Positions 49,094 to 57,985 of a stretch of DNA of 64,000 nt are shown in pieces. Under the pieces are notes generated by a model. It worked only from the letters and a program-made list of their open reading frames with translations. It searched no databases and was not told the DNA's origin. The translations under genes and the position numbers were made by a program. Source of the DNA: Luteolibacter sp. (GTDB lineage Bacteria > Verrucomicrobiota > Verrucomicrobiia > Verrucomicrobiales > Akkermansiaceae); the NCBI GenBank assembly GCA_044354135.1, contig JBILAN010000006.1, positions 1,887 through 65,886 on the forward strand. Direction: 5' to 3'. Position 1 is the first letter of the stretch. The number at the start of each line of letters is the position of its first letter.

Positions 49094-49552
49094 CATTAAA
49101 ATTCTAAATCTTAAGTATTAAATTCTAAACTAAGAAAAATGGTTCATTTGCTCACTTGGTTCAGTTGCGTAGGATAGTAGCCATGATTTTCACAAGTTCG
49201 TCGGATTCTTTATAAAGGTCACGGAGCGTTTGTTTTAGTGATTCATCTTTCGATGTCTCTCCTAGTAGGCGAAGCCAAAGACGACACTCGCTCGCTTCCT
49301 TTTTAGGGATACGTATAAGGAAGAAAAAATCAGGCTTAGAAACCGCGTTATTGGCTTCAATATAGTTTGCTGCAACAGATCCGGAAGCTCGAAGGACTTG
49401 ATCGATATCTGTCCATTGCTGTCGAGTCCAGTTGATGTCACCGATGCAGCGACGAACCTTGAGGGCAAATTGGTAGGTTCGTTCATCCAAATCATATAAC
49501 GGTTTTTCATCCTCCATTTCTTCGTTTAGGATTTCGTGCTTAAGATTTAATG
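49094..49552. mobile_element. Four-helix-bundle cassette bounded by inverted heptamer arrays
   Basis: Left arm CATTAAA(A) TTCTAAA TCTTAAG TATTAAA TTCTAAA (49094-49129). Reverse complement of the right arm: CATTAAA TCTTAAG CACGAAA TCCTAAA (49525-49552). Interrupts a MoxR-DUF58-BatA operon. Confidence 0.6.
49161..49517 (-). CDS. Four helix bundle protein (TIGR02436 / 23S rRNA-IVS protein family)
   Basis: L.ERTYQFAL.V, QVLRASGSVAANYIEA, DF...I..KKEA.E...WL.LL, E..EL..I...I. Confidence 0.9.
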   Translation of the reverse strand: MEDEKPLYDLDERTYQFALKVRRCIGDINWTRQQWTDIDQVLRASGSVAANYIEANNAVSKPDFFFLIRIPKKEASECRLWLRLLGETSKDESLKQTLRDLYKESDELVKIMATILRN

Positions 49553-50446
49553 CTTTGCTTTTGGTAGGCGCGCTGTGAGGAACTCGCGGAGAAGCGGTTC
49601 GAGCGGGGTGTCGGTGGTGACGAGTTGGTAATCGGCGTTGGCGTCGTGCGCTTTGTCGCGGACGTTTTTCAGGAATTCGTTAAGCGCGGTGTGGTATTCG
49701 TCGGCGATGAGGTTAGGCTCGACGACGAGCGCGGTATTATCTTCGAGGTCGACGAAGCGGTGAGGGCGATCGAAGTTGAATCCAATTTCCTGAGGATCCA
49801 TGAGATGGAAGAGCGAGATATCGTGTTTGCGATAACGCAAGTGCTGGAACGCGTCGGCGAGTTCCGCGGTATCGGTGAAGAAATCGGAGAGGATCACGAT
49901 GAAAGCGCGTTGGCCGATTTTTTCTGCGATTGTGTGGAGTGCGGGAATTAATCCAGTTTCACCAGACGGCTCAACTTTTTCGATGGTGGTAAAGAAGCGT
50001 TCAAGGTGTGCGGCGCGGCGGGAAGGCGGGACTTCGAGGTGGAGTTTGTCGGTGCAGATCGAAAGACCTGCGGCGTCGCCTTGGTTGACTAACAGATAAG
50101 CGAGCGATGCGGCGATACGGCGGGCGTATTGGATTTTACTTTCCAAACCCGGGCCATGAAAATTCATCGAACCGGAGGCGTCTATCACGAAGTAGGCGCG
50201 CAGGTTGGTATCGGCTTCGAATTCCTTGATGTAGAATCGGTCCGAGCGGGCAAAGGCTTTCCAATCGAGGCGGCGGGTGTCATCGCCAGGAACGTATTTT
50301 CGATATTCTGCAAACTCGACGGATGAACCGCGGTGAGGGGAGCGATGTTTACCCGCGACGTTACCCATCATCGGGACGCGCGACTCGATAGGCAGAGAGC
50401 CGAGGCGGGAGAGGAGGTCGCTGTCGATGAAAGAGTGGGCGGACAT
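49547..50446 (-). CDS. DUF58 domain protein
   Basis: G.HRSP.RG.SVEFAEYR.Y.PGDD.RR.DWKA.AR, IDASGSM, ILSDFF. Confidence 0.92.
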   Translation of the reverse strand: MSAHSFIDSDLLSRLGSLPIESRVPMMGNVAGKHRSPHRGSSVEFAEYRKYVPGDDTRRLDWKAFARSDRFYIKEFEADTNLRAYFVIDASGSMNFHGPGLESKIQYARRIAASLAYLLVNQGDAAGLSICTDKLHLEVPPSRRAAHLERFFTTIEKVEPSGETGLIPALHTIAEKIGQRAFIVILSDFFTDTAELADAFQHLRYRKHDISLFHLMDPQEIGFNFDRPHRFVDLEDNTALVVEPNLIADEYHTALNEFLKNVRDKAHDANADYQLVTTDTPLEPLLREFLTARLPKAKH

Positions 50447-50448
50447 GG

Positions 50449-50610
50449 TTAGAATTCAGAGGCCAGAATCCAGAGGCCAGAAAAGAGTTTTTTAGCGGGG
50501 GATTAAGATGGTTGGGAGAGCTTGTTGATGAGAGAGCCCAGCATTCGGGATAGCTCGCAGGTTTCTTCGATCATTTAGTCTGGTCTCTGGCTTCTGGCCT
50601 CTGATATCTC
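50449..50610. repeat. Inverted heptamer arrays (CCAGAGG/CCAGAAT versus TCTGGnn) around a four-helix-bundle remnant
   Basis: TTAGAAT TCAGAGG CCAGAAT CCAGAGG CCAGAAA (50449-50483); TCTGGTC TCTGGCT TCTGGCC TCTGATA (about 50579-50606). Confidence 0.7.
50503..50574 (-). pseudogene. C-terminal remnant of a four-helix-bundle gene
   Basis: Translates as MIEETCELSRMLGSLINKLSQPS*, which resembles the last helix of the family (E..E..rML..Li.kL). Confidence 0.55.
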
Positions 50611-51667
50611 ATTTATCCTTCATCTCAGAAATGAGTTTCTGGACGATTTTCTTGGAGGTCATGCCTTGGGATTCGGCGGCGAAGTTGGTGATGACGCGGT
50701 GATTGAGGACGGCGGGTGCGACGGCTTCGATGTCTTCGATGGAGGCCATGTAGTTACCGCGGAGGGCGGCGCGGGATTTCGCACCGAGGATGAGGTATTG
50801 GACGGCGCGCGGGCCAGCTCCCCAACCGACGGTGTCTTTGATCCATTGTGGAGACTCGGGTTGGCCGGGGCGGGTTTTGCGAACGATCTCGACTGCGTAA
50901 TCGTAGAGGTGATCTGGCACAGGCACACGGCGAACGAGTTGTTGGAACGCGATGATTTTTTCACCGTCGATAAGTTTCGCGAGCGCTTGTTTGGCGGCCC
51001 CAGTGGTTTCACGAGCGATGCGTTTTTCTTCCTCTGCGGATGGGTATTCAACTTCGATGAGGAACATGAAACGGTCCAACTGGGCTTCAGGAAGGGGGTA
51101 GGTTCCCTCTTGTTCGATCGGGTTTTGGGTTGCTAGCACGAAGAATGGAGGTTTGAGAGTATAGGTCTTACCGAGCACTGTGACTTTGTTTTCCTGCATC
51201 GCCTCAAGCATGGCGGACTGGGTTTTGGCGGGGGCGCGGTTGATTTCGTCTGCGAGCAGAAGGTTGGCGAACACAGGACCTTGGACAAATTCAAATTCAC
51301 GTTTGCCGCCGGTAGTTTCCTGGATGATGTCAGTGCCGGTGATATCGGCGGGCATGAGGTCCGGAGTGAACTGAATGCGGTTAAAAGAGAGGTTGAAGGT
51401 CTGAGCAACCGAGGAGACCAATAGGGTTTTGGCGAGACCGGGGACACCCATAAGGAGGGCATGTCCGCGGGCAAAAAGGGCGATGGCTAGTTTTTCAATG
51501 ACATCATCTTGACCGACGATGATTTTGGAGAGTTCCGCGCGGAAAGCTTGGTAAGTTTTACCCAAATCATCAATAGCGGCGACATCGTCTGGTGGGAGCT
51601 GGGTGAGCGATGCTGCAGAAACGGTTTCTGAAACGGATTGGGCGGGGATTTCTTCTAGGGTATCCAT
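50609..51667 (-). CDS. moxR: MoxR family AAA+ ATPase
   Basis: GVPGLAKT, RIQFTPDLMPADITG, LADEINRAPAKTQSAMLEAMQE, ATQNPIEQEGTYPLPEAQLDRF. Confidence 0.95.
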   Translation of the reverse strand: MDTLEEIPAQSVSETVSAASLTQLPPDDVAAIDDLGKTYQAFRAELSKIIVGQDDVIEKLAIALFARGHALLMGVPGLAKTLLVSSVAQTFNLSFNRIQFTPDLMPADITGTDIIQETTGGKREFEFVQGPVFANLLLADEINRAPAKTQSAMLEAMQENKVTVLGKTYTLKPPFFVLATQNPIEQEGTYPLPEAQLDRFMFLIEVEYPSAEEEKRIARETTGAAKQALAKLIDGEKIIAFQQLVRRVPVPDHLYDYAVEIVRKTRPGQPESPQWIKDTVGWGAGPRAVQYLILGAKSRAALRGNYMASIEDIEAVAPAVLNHRVITNFAAESQGMTSKKIVQKLISEMKDK

Positions 51668-51899
51668 GGATAATTTGTGCTTTGGCGAAGCTAGGTAGGA
51701 GTTCTATTTTGTCGAGTAGGGATACAGGAGAAATAAAATTTTCCTTACAATCTCGGGGAAATTATAAAAATTCCTCAGGAATCACGGAATTTTTCTATTT
51801 CCGGCTTGCCAGAGGTTGGAACTCTGGTAAACCACGCGCCCCGCGGGGCTTCCGGTAAGGATCGGTGCTCCACAATAATCACGCGAAAATCTTCACAAC

Positions 51900-52268
51900 A
51901 TGGCACGCATCCTAGGTATCGAAATCCCCAACGAGAAGCGCATCGAGGCTTCTTTAACTTACATGTTCGGAATCGGACGCCCATTGGCTAGCCGCATCCT
52001 GGACCACGCCGGTATTGATCCGGACATCCGCACTGGTCAACTTAGCGAAGATCAGTTGGTGAAAATTGCTCAAGTGATTCAAGCTGAGCAAATCATGGTT
52101 GAGGGTGACCTCCGTCGTGAGCGCCAAGTTCAACTCAAGCGTTTAACTTCCATCAACTGCTATCGTGGGATTCGTCACAAGCGTGGTTTGCCAGTTCGCG
52201 GTCAGCGCACTCGCACCAATGCTCGCACCCGTAAAGGCAAGAAGAAGACCGTGGGCGTTAAGAAGTAA
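51900..52268 (+). CDS. rpsM: 30S ribosomal protein S13
   Basis: [46 protein letters not shown]. Confidence 0.98.
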   Translation: MARILGIEIPNEKRIEASLTYMFGIGRPLASRILDHAGIDPDIRTGQLSEDQLVKIAQVIQAEQIMVEGDLRRERQVQLKRLTSINCYRGIRHKRGLPVRGQRTRTNARTRKGKKKTVGVKK

Positions 52269-52327
52269 TCCGCTGAGATTACGAAACACTCTCCGGAAGT
52301 GAAAACTTCCATTTTAGAACAAGACAT

Positions 52328-52897
52328 ATGTCAGAAGAAACCAACAACCAAGAAGCTGAAGAAGTAGCGGTTCCCGCTGCCGAGGCTAAACCAGAAACCC
52401 CGTCTGCCGCTGTTGCGAAGTCGGACCAAAGCGTAGAGGCTACAGCCGCGAAGGCAGAGGCGTCTAAGAAAGAGCAAAAGAAAGATATCTTTGCTGAAAT
52501 CGGTGGAGGAGAAGAAGAAATCAAGATCCACAAAGCAAAAGGCTCGAAGAACGTTTCGCGCGGTATTGTCCACGTGACCGCAACGTTCAACAACACGCTT
52601 GTCAGCGTGACAGACCAGAGCGGCAACGCGATTGGTTGGTCAACTGCTGGTAAAATGGGTTTCAAAGGTTCGCGTAAAAGCACCGCTTACGCTGCGCAAG
52701 TGGTTTCGCAAGATGCTTGCCGCCAAGCTATGGGTCACGGTCTCAAGGAAGTTGATGTTCGCGTCAAAGGTCCTGGTTCGGGTCGTGAGTCCGCTGTCCG
52801 TGCCGTACAAGGGTTGGGTCTCGAAATTCTTTCGATTCGTGACGTTACTCCAATTCCTCATAACGGTTGCCGCCCAAAGAAAGCGCGTCGCGTTTAA
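52328..52897 (+). CDS. rpsK: 30S ribosomal protein S11 with ~60-aa acidic N-terminal extension
   Basis: [51 protein letters not shown]. Confidence 0.97.
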   Translation: MSEETNNQEAEEVAVPAAEAKPETPSAAVAKSDQSVEATAAKAEASKKEQKKDIFAEIGGGEEEIKIHKAKGSKNVSRGIVHVTATFNNTLVSVTDQSGNAIGWSTAGKMGFKGSRKSTAYAAQVVSQDACRQAMGHGLKEVDVRVKGPGSGRESAVRAVQGLGLEILSIRDVTPIPHNGCRPKKARRV

Positions 52898-52931
52898 TCC
52901 CTAACTTTTAAACACTCAACTTTCTAAGATC

Positions 52932-53543
52932 ATGGCACGTTACACCGGTCCCCGCACCAAAATCTCCCGCCGTTTCGGCGTTTCACTTTTCGGTCCATCC
53001 AAGTCTTTGGAGCGCCGCAATTTTCCACCAGGTCAGCACGGTGTCCGTGCAGGCCGTAAGAAAAAATCTGAGTATGCAGTCGCACTTGGAGAGAAGCAGA
53101 AGCTTCGTTTCCAATACGGCGTTCTCGAGAAACAATTCCGTTCTTACTATCAAGAGGCAGCTCGTCGCCGTGGTATCACAGGTACTGTGATGCTTCAGTT
53201 GCTTGAAAGCCGTCTGGATAACATTTGCTTCCGTGCAGGTTTCGGTAATTCCCGCCAAGCCGCCCGTCAGATGGTCAACCACGGTCACGTTCTTGTGAAC
53301 GGCCATTGCGTGGACATTCCAAGCTATCAAGTGAAGCCGGGTGATGTGGTCAAAGTTGGCGCCAAGCCATCTTCACAGCAACTCGCACTCCGCATGCTAG
53401 ATCTCACACAAGCCGTTCCTGCTGTGGATTGGCTCGAAGTAGATCGCGAAAACATGGTTGCTACTATGTCCCGCGTTCCTGAGCGTTCGGAAATCGATCC
53501 GCTCGTTAACGAGCAGCTCATCGTCGAGCTTTACTCTCGTTAA
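52932..53543 (+). CDS. rpsD: 30S ribosomal protein S4
   Basis: MARYTGP..K.SRRFG, PPGQHG, EKQKLR..YG, LESRLDN, ARQMV.HGH, NEQLIVELYSR. Confidence 0.98.
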   Translation: MARYTGPRTKISRRFGVSLFGPSKSLERRNFPPGQHGVRAGRKKKSEYAVALGEKQKLRFQYGVLEKQFRSYYQEAARRRGITGTVMLQLLESRLDNICFRAGFGNSRQAARQMVNHGHVLVNGHCVDIPSYQVKPGDVVKVGAKPSSQQLALRMLDLTQAVPAVDWLEVDRENMVATMSRVPERSEIDPLVNEQLIVELYSR

Positions 53544-53559
53544 TAAGTTCAAAATTCAC

Positions 53560-53592
53560 AAAACGCTCGGAGGAAACTCCGAGCGTTTTTTT
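53560..53592 (+). terminator. Intrinsic terminator of rpsM-rpsK-rpsD
   Basis: AAAACGCTCGGAG-GAAA-CTCCGAGCGTTTTTTT. Confidence 0.85.
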
Positions 53593-53600
53593 GTTGGCTG

Positions 53601-53710
53601 CTGGAGAGCCGAGCCTCTGGCCGGCTTGTTGCTATTGGAGAGCCGTGTCTTTGACCGGCTGAGAAATCGAATAAGCCGGTCAGAGACACGGCTCTCCAGT
53701 AGGCTCTCCG
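53601..53710. repeat. REP/REPIN-like nested inverted repeat, 25-bp stem
   Basis: TGGAGAGCCGTGTCTTTGACCGGCT (53636-53660) versus AGCCGGTCAGAGACACGGCTCTCCA (53674-53698), 24/25. Outer GGAGAGCC/GGCTCTCC copies at about 53603 and 53702. Confidence 0.7.
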
Positions 53711-53714
53711 GTAG

Positions 53715-55445
53715 TCAACCCTGCTCCGCCAAAAACGATCTACGGCACAGTTCAGCGTATTTTCCTTCTCGTGCGAGAAGTTGATCATGAGTTCCTTGTT
53801 CAATCACTTTGCCTTTTTCTAACACATAAATGCGGTCGGCGTTTTGGATGGTGGAAAGCCGATGAGCGATGACAAATGCGGTGCGGTTTTCCATCAGATG
53901 ATCCAGCGCGGATTGGATCTGGCGTTCGGTTTCAGAATCGACTGATGCCGTGGCTTCATCTAACAGGAGAATGGGTGCGTCTTTGAGAAGTGCGCGGGCG
54001 ATGGAGAGGCGTTGTTTTTCGCCGCCGGAGAGTTTGACTCCGCGTTCGCCGACATTGGTTTCTAGTTGGTTGGGGAGTTCGCGAACGAAGGTGTCACCGT
54101 TTGCGGCAGTTAGCGCTTTCCAGATTTCTTCCTCGCTAGCGCCGCGTTTGGCGAGTTCGAGGTTTTCTCTAACCGTTCCATTGAAGAGAAATGGCTCTTG
54201 GGTGACGTAGGCTAGCTGATTACGGAGGGAGTTTTTATTGAGCGTGCTGATATCCGTTCCGTCTAACAAAATTTTGCCTGAGTCTTTCTCATAGAAGCGC
54301 GCTAGTAGTGATAATACCGTGGTTTTCCCGGCTCCAGTGGTCCCAACGAGAGCGATGGTTTGCCCGGGTTCCGCGGCGATAGATATGCCATCCAAAGTGG
54401 ATTGATCTTGATAGGCGAAAGAGACGTTTTTGAACTCTACGCTACCTTGTGAGCGTCCTTGGAATATTTCACCATCGGTTGCATGGAGTTCTTCTTCGGC
54501 ATCGAGAATTTCGAATACTCGATCTGCGGCAGATCTCCCTGATAGAATCATTTGATTTAGGGAATTGAGTCGGTCAATCGGCTCATAAAACAGTGAGAGG
54601 AAGAGCATGAAGGTGATAAATTCACCCAGTTCGAGATTTCCGCACATCACTTCATAGCCTCCGAAAGCGAGAACGAGTACGGATCCGGTCATTTTCACAA
54701 ATGTCATGCCAGGCGAATAATAAGCCCACCAGCGCATCATTCTCAGTGTGGCTTGGCGAAGATGTTCCGAGGCTTGGTTGAAACGGGCGTGTTCGACGGC
54801 TTCCGCGGCGTAACTTTTGATTTGGCGTATACCAGCGATGTTGTCATGCAGCAACGAGTTCATGTCTGAGGTCGCTTCGCGTTGATTGCGGTATCGATCT
54901 CTGCCTTTCGTCGAATAGATCCATGCGCCAATGGCGAGCAGGGGGATGGGTAGAGTCGCCCAGCCAGCGACGACTGGATTGAGAATGTATAGGTAAATCC
55001 CTATGCCTACGACCTGCAATACAGCGATGATGCCCTGCTCGATCCCGTCGATTAGGACGCGCTCCATATTGGTGACGTCCTCGACCACGCGGGTCATGAT
55101 GTCGCCGGTGCGGCGGGTATCGAACCAATTGAGCGGGAGTAGTTGGATTTTGCCATAGAGATCTGAGCGGATGTCGTAGATCACCTTTTGTTCGAAGTGG
55201 TTGTTGATGAAAATCCTAGAGCCATTGAGCCCCTCGCGGATGCCAAAAGCGACCAGAGTTAGGGCGATCCAATAGGCAAATTCGTGGTGTCGAGAGGCAT
55301 TTGGTAGGATTTCATCGACGGCATACCCGGTAATTGTTGGAAAAACGAAAAGGGCGGCGGTCATGCCGAAGGCGCAAAACAGCTGTAGGCTGGCGAGCAT
55401 AGGGTAACGCCTGAGGTAGGAAAAGACTCGGAGAATGGATTTCAT
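53715..55445 (-). CDS. ABC transporter ATP-binding/permease (type IV exporter)
   Basis: TM domain, GTTGAGKT, VTQEPFLF, LSGGEKQR, LLLDEATA, IAHRLST. Confidence 0.93.
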   Translation of the reverse strand: MKSILRVFSYLRRYPMLASLQLFCAFGMTAALFVFPTITGYAVDEILPNASRHHEFAYWIALTLVAFGIREGLNGSRIFINNHFEQKVIYDIRSDLYGKIQLLPLNWFDTRRTGDIMTRVVEDVTNMERVLIDGIEQGIIAVLQVVGIGIYLYILNPVVAGWATLPIPLLAIGAWIYSTKGRDRYRNQREATSDMNSLLHDNIAGIRQIKSYAAEAVEHARFNQASEHLRQATLRMMRWWAYYSPGMTFVKMTGSVLVLAFGGYEVMCGNLELGEFITFMLFLSLFYEPIDRLNSLNQMILSGRSAADRVFEILDAEEELHATDGEIFQGRSQGSVEFKNVSFAYQDQSTLDGISIAAEPGQTIALVGTTGAGKTTVLSLLARFYEKDSGKILLDGTDISTLNKNSLRNQLAYVTQEPFLFNGTVRENLELAKRGASEEEIWKALTAANGDTFVRELPNQLETNVGERGVKLSGGEKQRLSIARALLKDAPILLLDEATASVDSETERQIQSALDHLMENRTAFVIAHRLSTIQNADRIYVLEKGKVIEQGTHDQLLAREGKYAELCRRSFLAEQG

Positions 55446-55605
55446 GGGTCGCGGCGCACGCTTGGCGCACGGGGCTGATTTGTAAAGCCAAGCTTTGAAA
55501 ATCTCCCTGTAAAATCATAAATTACCTAACTTTTGAGATTGCCGTCCCGAGATTTCTTATTAGTCTCAACACACTTCCGAATTTCATCGTTTTTAAAAAA
55601 AGCTT

Positions 55606-56388
55606 ATGGCCACAACCTTTGGTATACTTACATTTCTAATTTTAGGCCTGTCTGCGTTTGTTTCTTACAGAAACAATCAGCGGCTTGATCTGGAAATTAA
55701 GAATAAAAATATTTCTCTTACCAATAAAGACATCAATCAGAAAGAGCTTGCTCTGCGGGAAGGTATTCTGGCTGGCTTACTCGAAGAAATTCCCAGGATC
55801 CAAGAGGAAACAAGGATTGCGTTGGAGGAAGAGGCTAAATTGAAAGAGCAAAATCTCAATCTCAAAGCGGCTGTTGACACGAAGACTAAGAAAATTGCCT
55901 CGAATGACCGTGAGCATGAGGAAACCAAGAACAAGTTGTTGCTGGTCGGTGAGCCTACAGGGTTGGTTCCCAAGTCAAAAGACATGCGCGTCCAATCCCA
56001 AGAATTGGATGAAATCATAAAGAACAAAGAGTCTAAGCTTGCCAATTTGAATGCGGAGAACGTAAGTGCTGCCGATTTCGCGAGTCGCTTGAAATTCAAT
56101 TTGGACACGATCGGTCGTGGAGAGTCCCTACCCAGCCTGAAGACTAAGATCCGCCATATTTATCCAAACTGGGGGTTTGTCACCTTAGCAGGCGGCTATC
56201 AGTCAGGAGTGACTGGCGGTTCCTCATTGGACATTGTTCGAGATGGAGCGGTTATCGGAAAACTGATGGTCACCACGGTCGAGAGAAGCAGTGCATCTGC
56301 TAGCATTGTTCCGGATTCACTAGCTCCTGACATCACCTTAAGAGTTGGCGATGAAATCGTCGCGTCTCCATCCAAGGCAGGCAACTAA
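55606..56388 (+). CDS. N-terminally anchored coiled-coil protein with C-terminal beta domain
   Basis: TM helix, long heptad region, then WGFV.L..G...GV....L.IVRDG..IGKL.V...GDEI. Confidence 0.7.
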   Translation: MATTFGILTFLILGLSAFVSYRNNQRLDLEIKNKNISLTNKDINQKELALREGILAGLLEEIPRIQEETRIALEEEAKLKEQNLNLKAAVDTKTKKIASNDREHEETKNKLLLVGEPTGLVPKSKDMRVQSQELDEIIKNKESKLANLNAENVSAADFASRLKFNLDTIGRGESLPSLKTKIRHIYPNWGFVTLAGGYQSGVTGGSSLDIVRDGAVIGKLMVTTVERSSASASIVPDSLAPDITLRVGDEIVASPSKAGN

Positions 56389-56439
56389 GGTTTATCGATA
56401 TCCAAGCGCATCATCATTTTCTTTTAAAACCCCACTAAC

Positions 56440-57249
56440 ATGAAATTTGTTTTTCTATCTCTAGCGATTATAGCCACTGCGGTGGCGTCGTATTTCACCG
56501 TCACGCAGACCGAGAAGTTTCAAGAAGTTAAAGATTTAAGAATTAAAACTAATGAGGAAATTGTTGTTCTAAGTGCAAACATTGATGATCGCTTGGCGAA
56601 AATTGCAGTTGAAGAAGAAAACAAAAAAGTTGCTGAAGGTGAGCGTTCAGTGGCCGAAGCAAGCGTAGCTAACTTTAAGGCAGAGAACAATTCGATTGAG
56701 AATCAAGTGGCGAGCTTGGATGTCAAGTTGACTGCACAAGAGACGCAGTTAGCGGAGTTGAAGCAAGTGGTAGCCGGGGTTAAGGCGGAATTCGAGCAAG
56801 TGGGTATCGATACAACCCTAGGCTCTTTCGACGAAGATTTCAAAGCCTTGACCACTTCGATTGAGACCAAGCAAGGCACCGACAAAGGATTGGATGAGTC
56901 GATTGCTGGAGATGAGAAGAAACTCGCTGACAAGCGTGCTGAAATCGATCGTTACAACAGCCGCATCCAAGCGCGTGACTTACGCATCGCTCAAAATGAG
57001 ATTGAAGCACGCATCACAGCCGTGAATCACGATTGGGGATTTGTCATGGTCGGTGCAGGTTCGAATTCCGGTTTCAATCCCGATACTGTATTGCTTGTTA
57101 AGCGTGATGGGCGATTGATTGGTAGGGTTAAACCTTCATCGATCGAGCCGACCCAGACGGTTGCTGATATTGAATTTAGTTCCCTAGCCCCAGGCGTTCG
57201 TTTCCAGTTAGGTGATCAAGTTATGTTGGAAAAGCCTGCCAATAATTAA
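56440..57249 (+). CDS. Paralog of 55606-56388: anchored coiled-coil protein with C-terminal beta domain
   Basis: Same layout; WGFVMVGAG..SG....VLLVKRDGRLIGRV...LAPG...GDQV. Confidence 0.7.
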   Translation: MKFVFLSLAIIATAVASYFTVTQTEKFQEVKDLRIKTNEEIVVLSANIDDRLAKIAVEEENKKVAEGERSVAEASVANFKAENNSIENQVASLDVKLTAQETQLAELKQVVAGVKAEFEQVGIDTTLGSFDEDFKALTTSIETKQGTDKGLDESIAGDEKKLADKRAEIDRYNSRIQARDLRIAQNEIEARITAVNHDWGFVMVGAGSNSGFNPDTVLLVKRDGRLIGRVKPSSIEPTQTVADIEFSSLAPGVRFQLGDQVMLEKPANN

Positions 57250-57267
57250 TTCAGTTTCGAGCATATC

Positions 57268-57447
57268 ATGATCCGTTTCACTATTCTTGCTATTGTTGCT
57301 GTTTGCTTTGTCTCTTGCATTAAAGAGGAGCCGAAGAAACCAGTTGGTCCAACTTCAAACTCAAGTCAACTACCGTGGAATATGCCTCAAAAAGGTCAAG
57401 GTGGTGGTGCGCTTGGCGCAATGCCGCAGAATCAGTATCGCCGCTAA
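57268..57447 (+). CDS. Small lipoprotein (59 aa), missing from the ORF track
   Basis: MIRFTILAIVAVCFVSC (lipobox-like) followed by KEEPKKPVGPT...LPWNMPQKGQGGGALGAMPQNQYRR*. Confidence 0.6.
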   Translation: MIRFTILAIVAVCFVSCIKEEPKKPVGPTSNSSQLPWNMPQKGQGGGALGAMPQNQYRR

Positions 57448-57467
57448 TTGCAGAGGATGTCAGGATT

Positions 57468-57911
57468 TTACTCCCTATGGTAGGGGCTGCCCGCATGGAT
57501 GGTTTCGATGCGGTAAAGTTGTTCTAGCAGGACGATCAATGCGATTTCGTGTTGCAGGGTCATACTTGATAGAGAAAGCGTGAGTTGGCATTGACTGCGT
57601 AATTCTGGAGTGTGCCCGTCTGCAGCTCCTATGAGAAATGCAACGGTTTTAACTTCTCCAGCCATTTTCATTGATTCCAATGTGTTTGCTAACTCGCGGG
57701 TGGATGGAGTTTTGCCGCGCTCATCCAGAGCGATGCGATAACATCCGCTAGATGCCTGAAGCAAACGCTCTGAAACTGCTTCTTTCTCACCAGCTTTGAC
57801 GATCACGAGTTCGTAGCTACCATGACGGATTAGGCGTTTGAGATAATCGTCTACCGCCAGTTTTGCATAGTTGAGAGCTGGCTTTCCTGCGACAATAATT
57901 CGGATTTGCAT
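57468..57911 (-). CDS. rlmH: 23S rRNA (pseudouridine1915-N3)-methyltransferase
   Basis: I.LDERGK, FLIGAADG, LSLSSMTLQHE.A..VLLEQLYR...I..G.PYHR. Confidence 0.94.
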   Translation of the reverse strand: MQIRIIVAGKPALNYAKLAVDDYLKRLIRHGSYELVIVKAGEKEAVSERLLQASSGCYRIALDERGKTPSTRELANTLESMKMAGEVKTVAFLIGAADGHTPELRSQCQLTLSLSSMTLQHEIALIVLLEQLYRIETIHAGSPYHRE

Positions 57912-57985
57912 GGCAAGAATCCTTGCCTGAAATCCGTCAGCTCTCCAGCTTGTTTTAAGTAAGAAATATTTTAGCTTAAAAAAAG

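Noticed and set aside
49161-49517. Diversity-generating retroelement (Avd homolog)
   Set aside because: No reverse transcriptase and no template/variable repeat pair in the window.
51700-51899. rpmJ (L36) or a conserved leader upstream of rpsM
   Set aside because: No MKVR-type ORF, and only small hairpins that cannot be distinguished from chance.
57287-57583. 98-aa ORF overlapping rlmH
   Set aside because: The real gene is the 59-aa lipoprotein at 57268-57447 in another frame.
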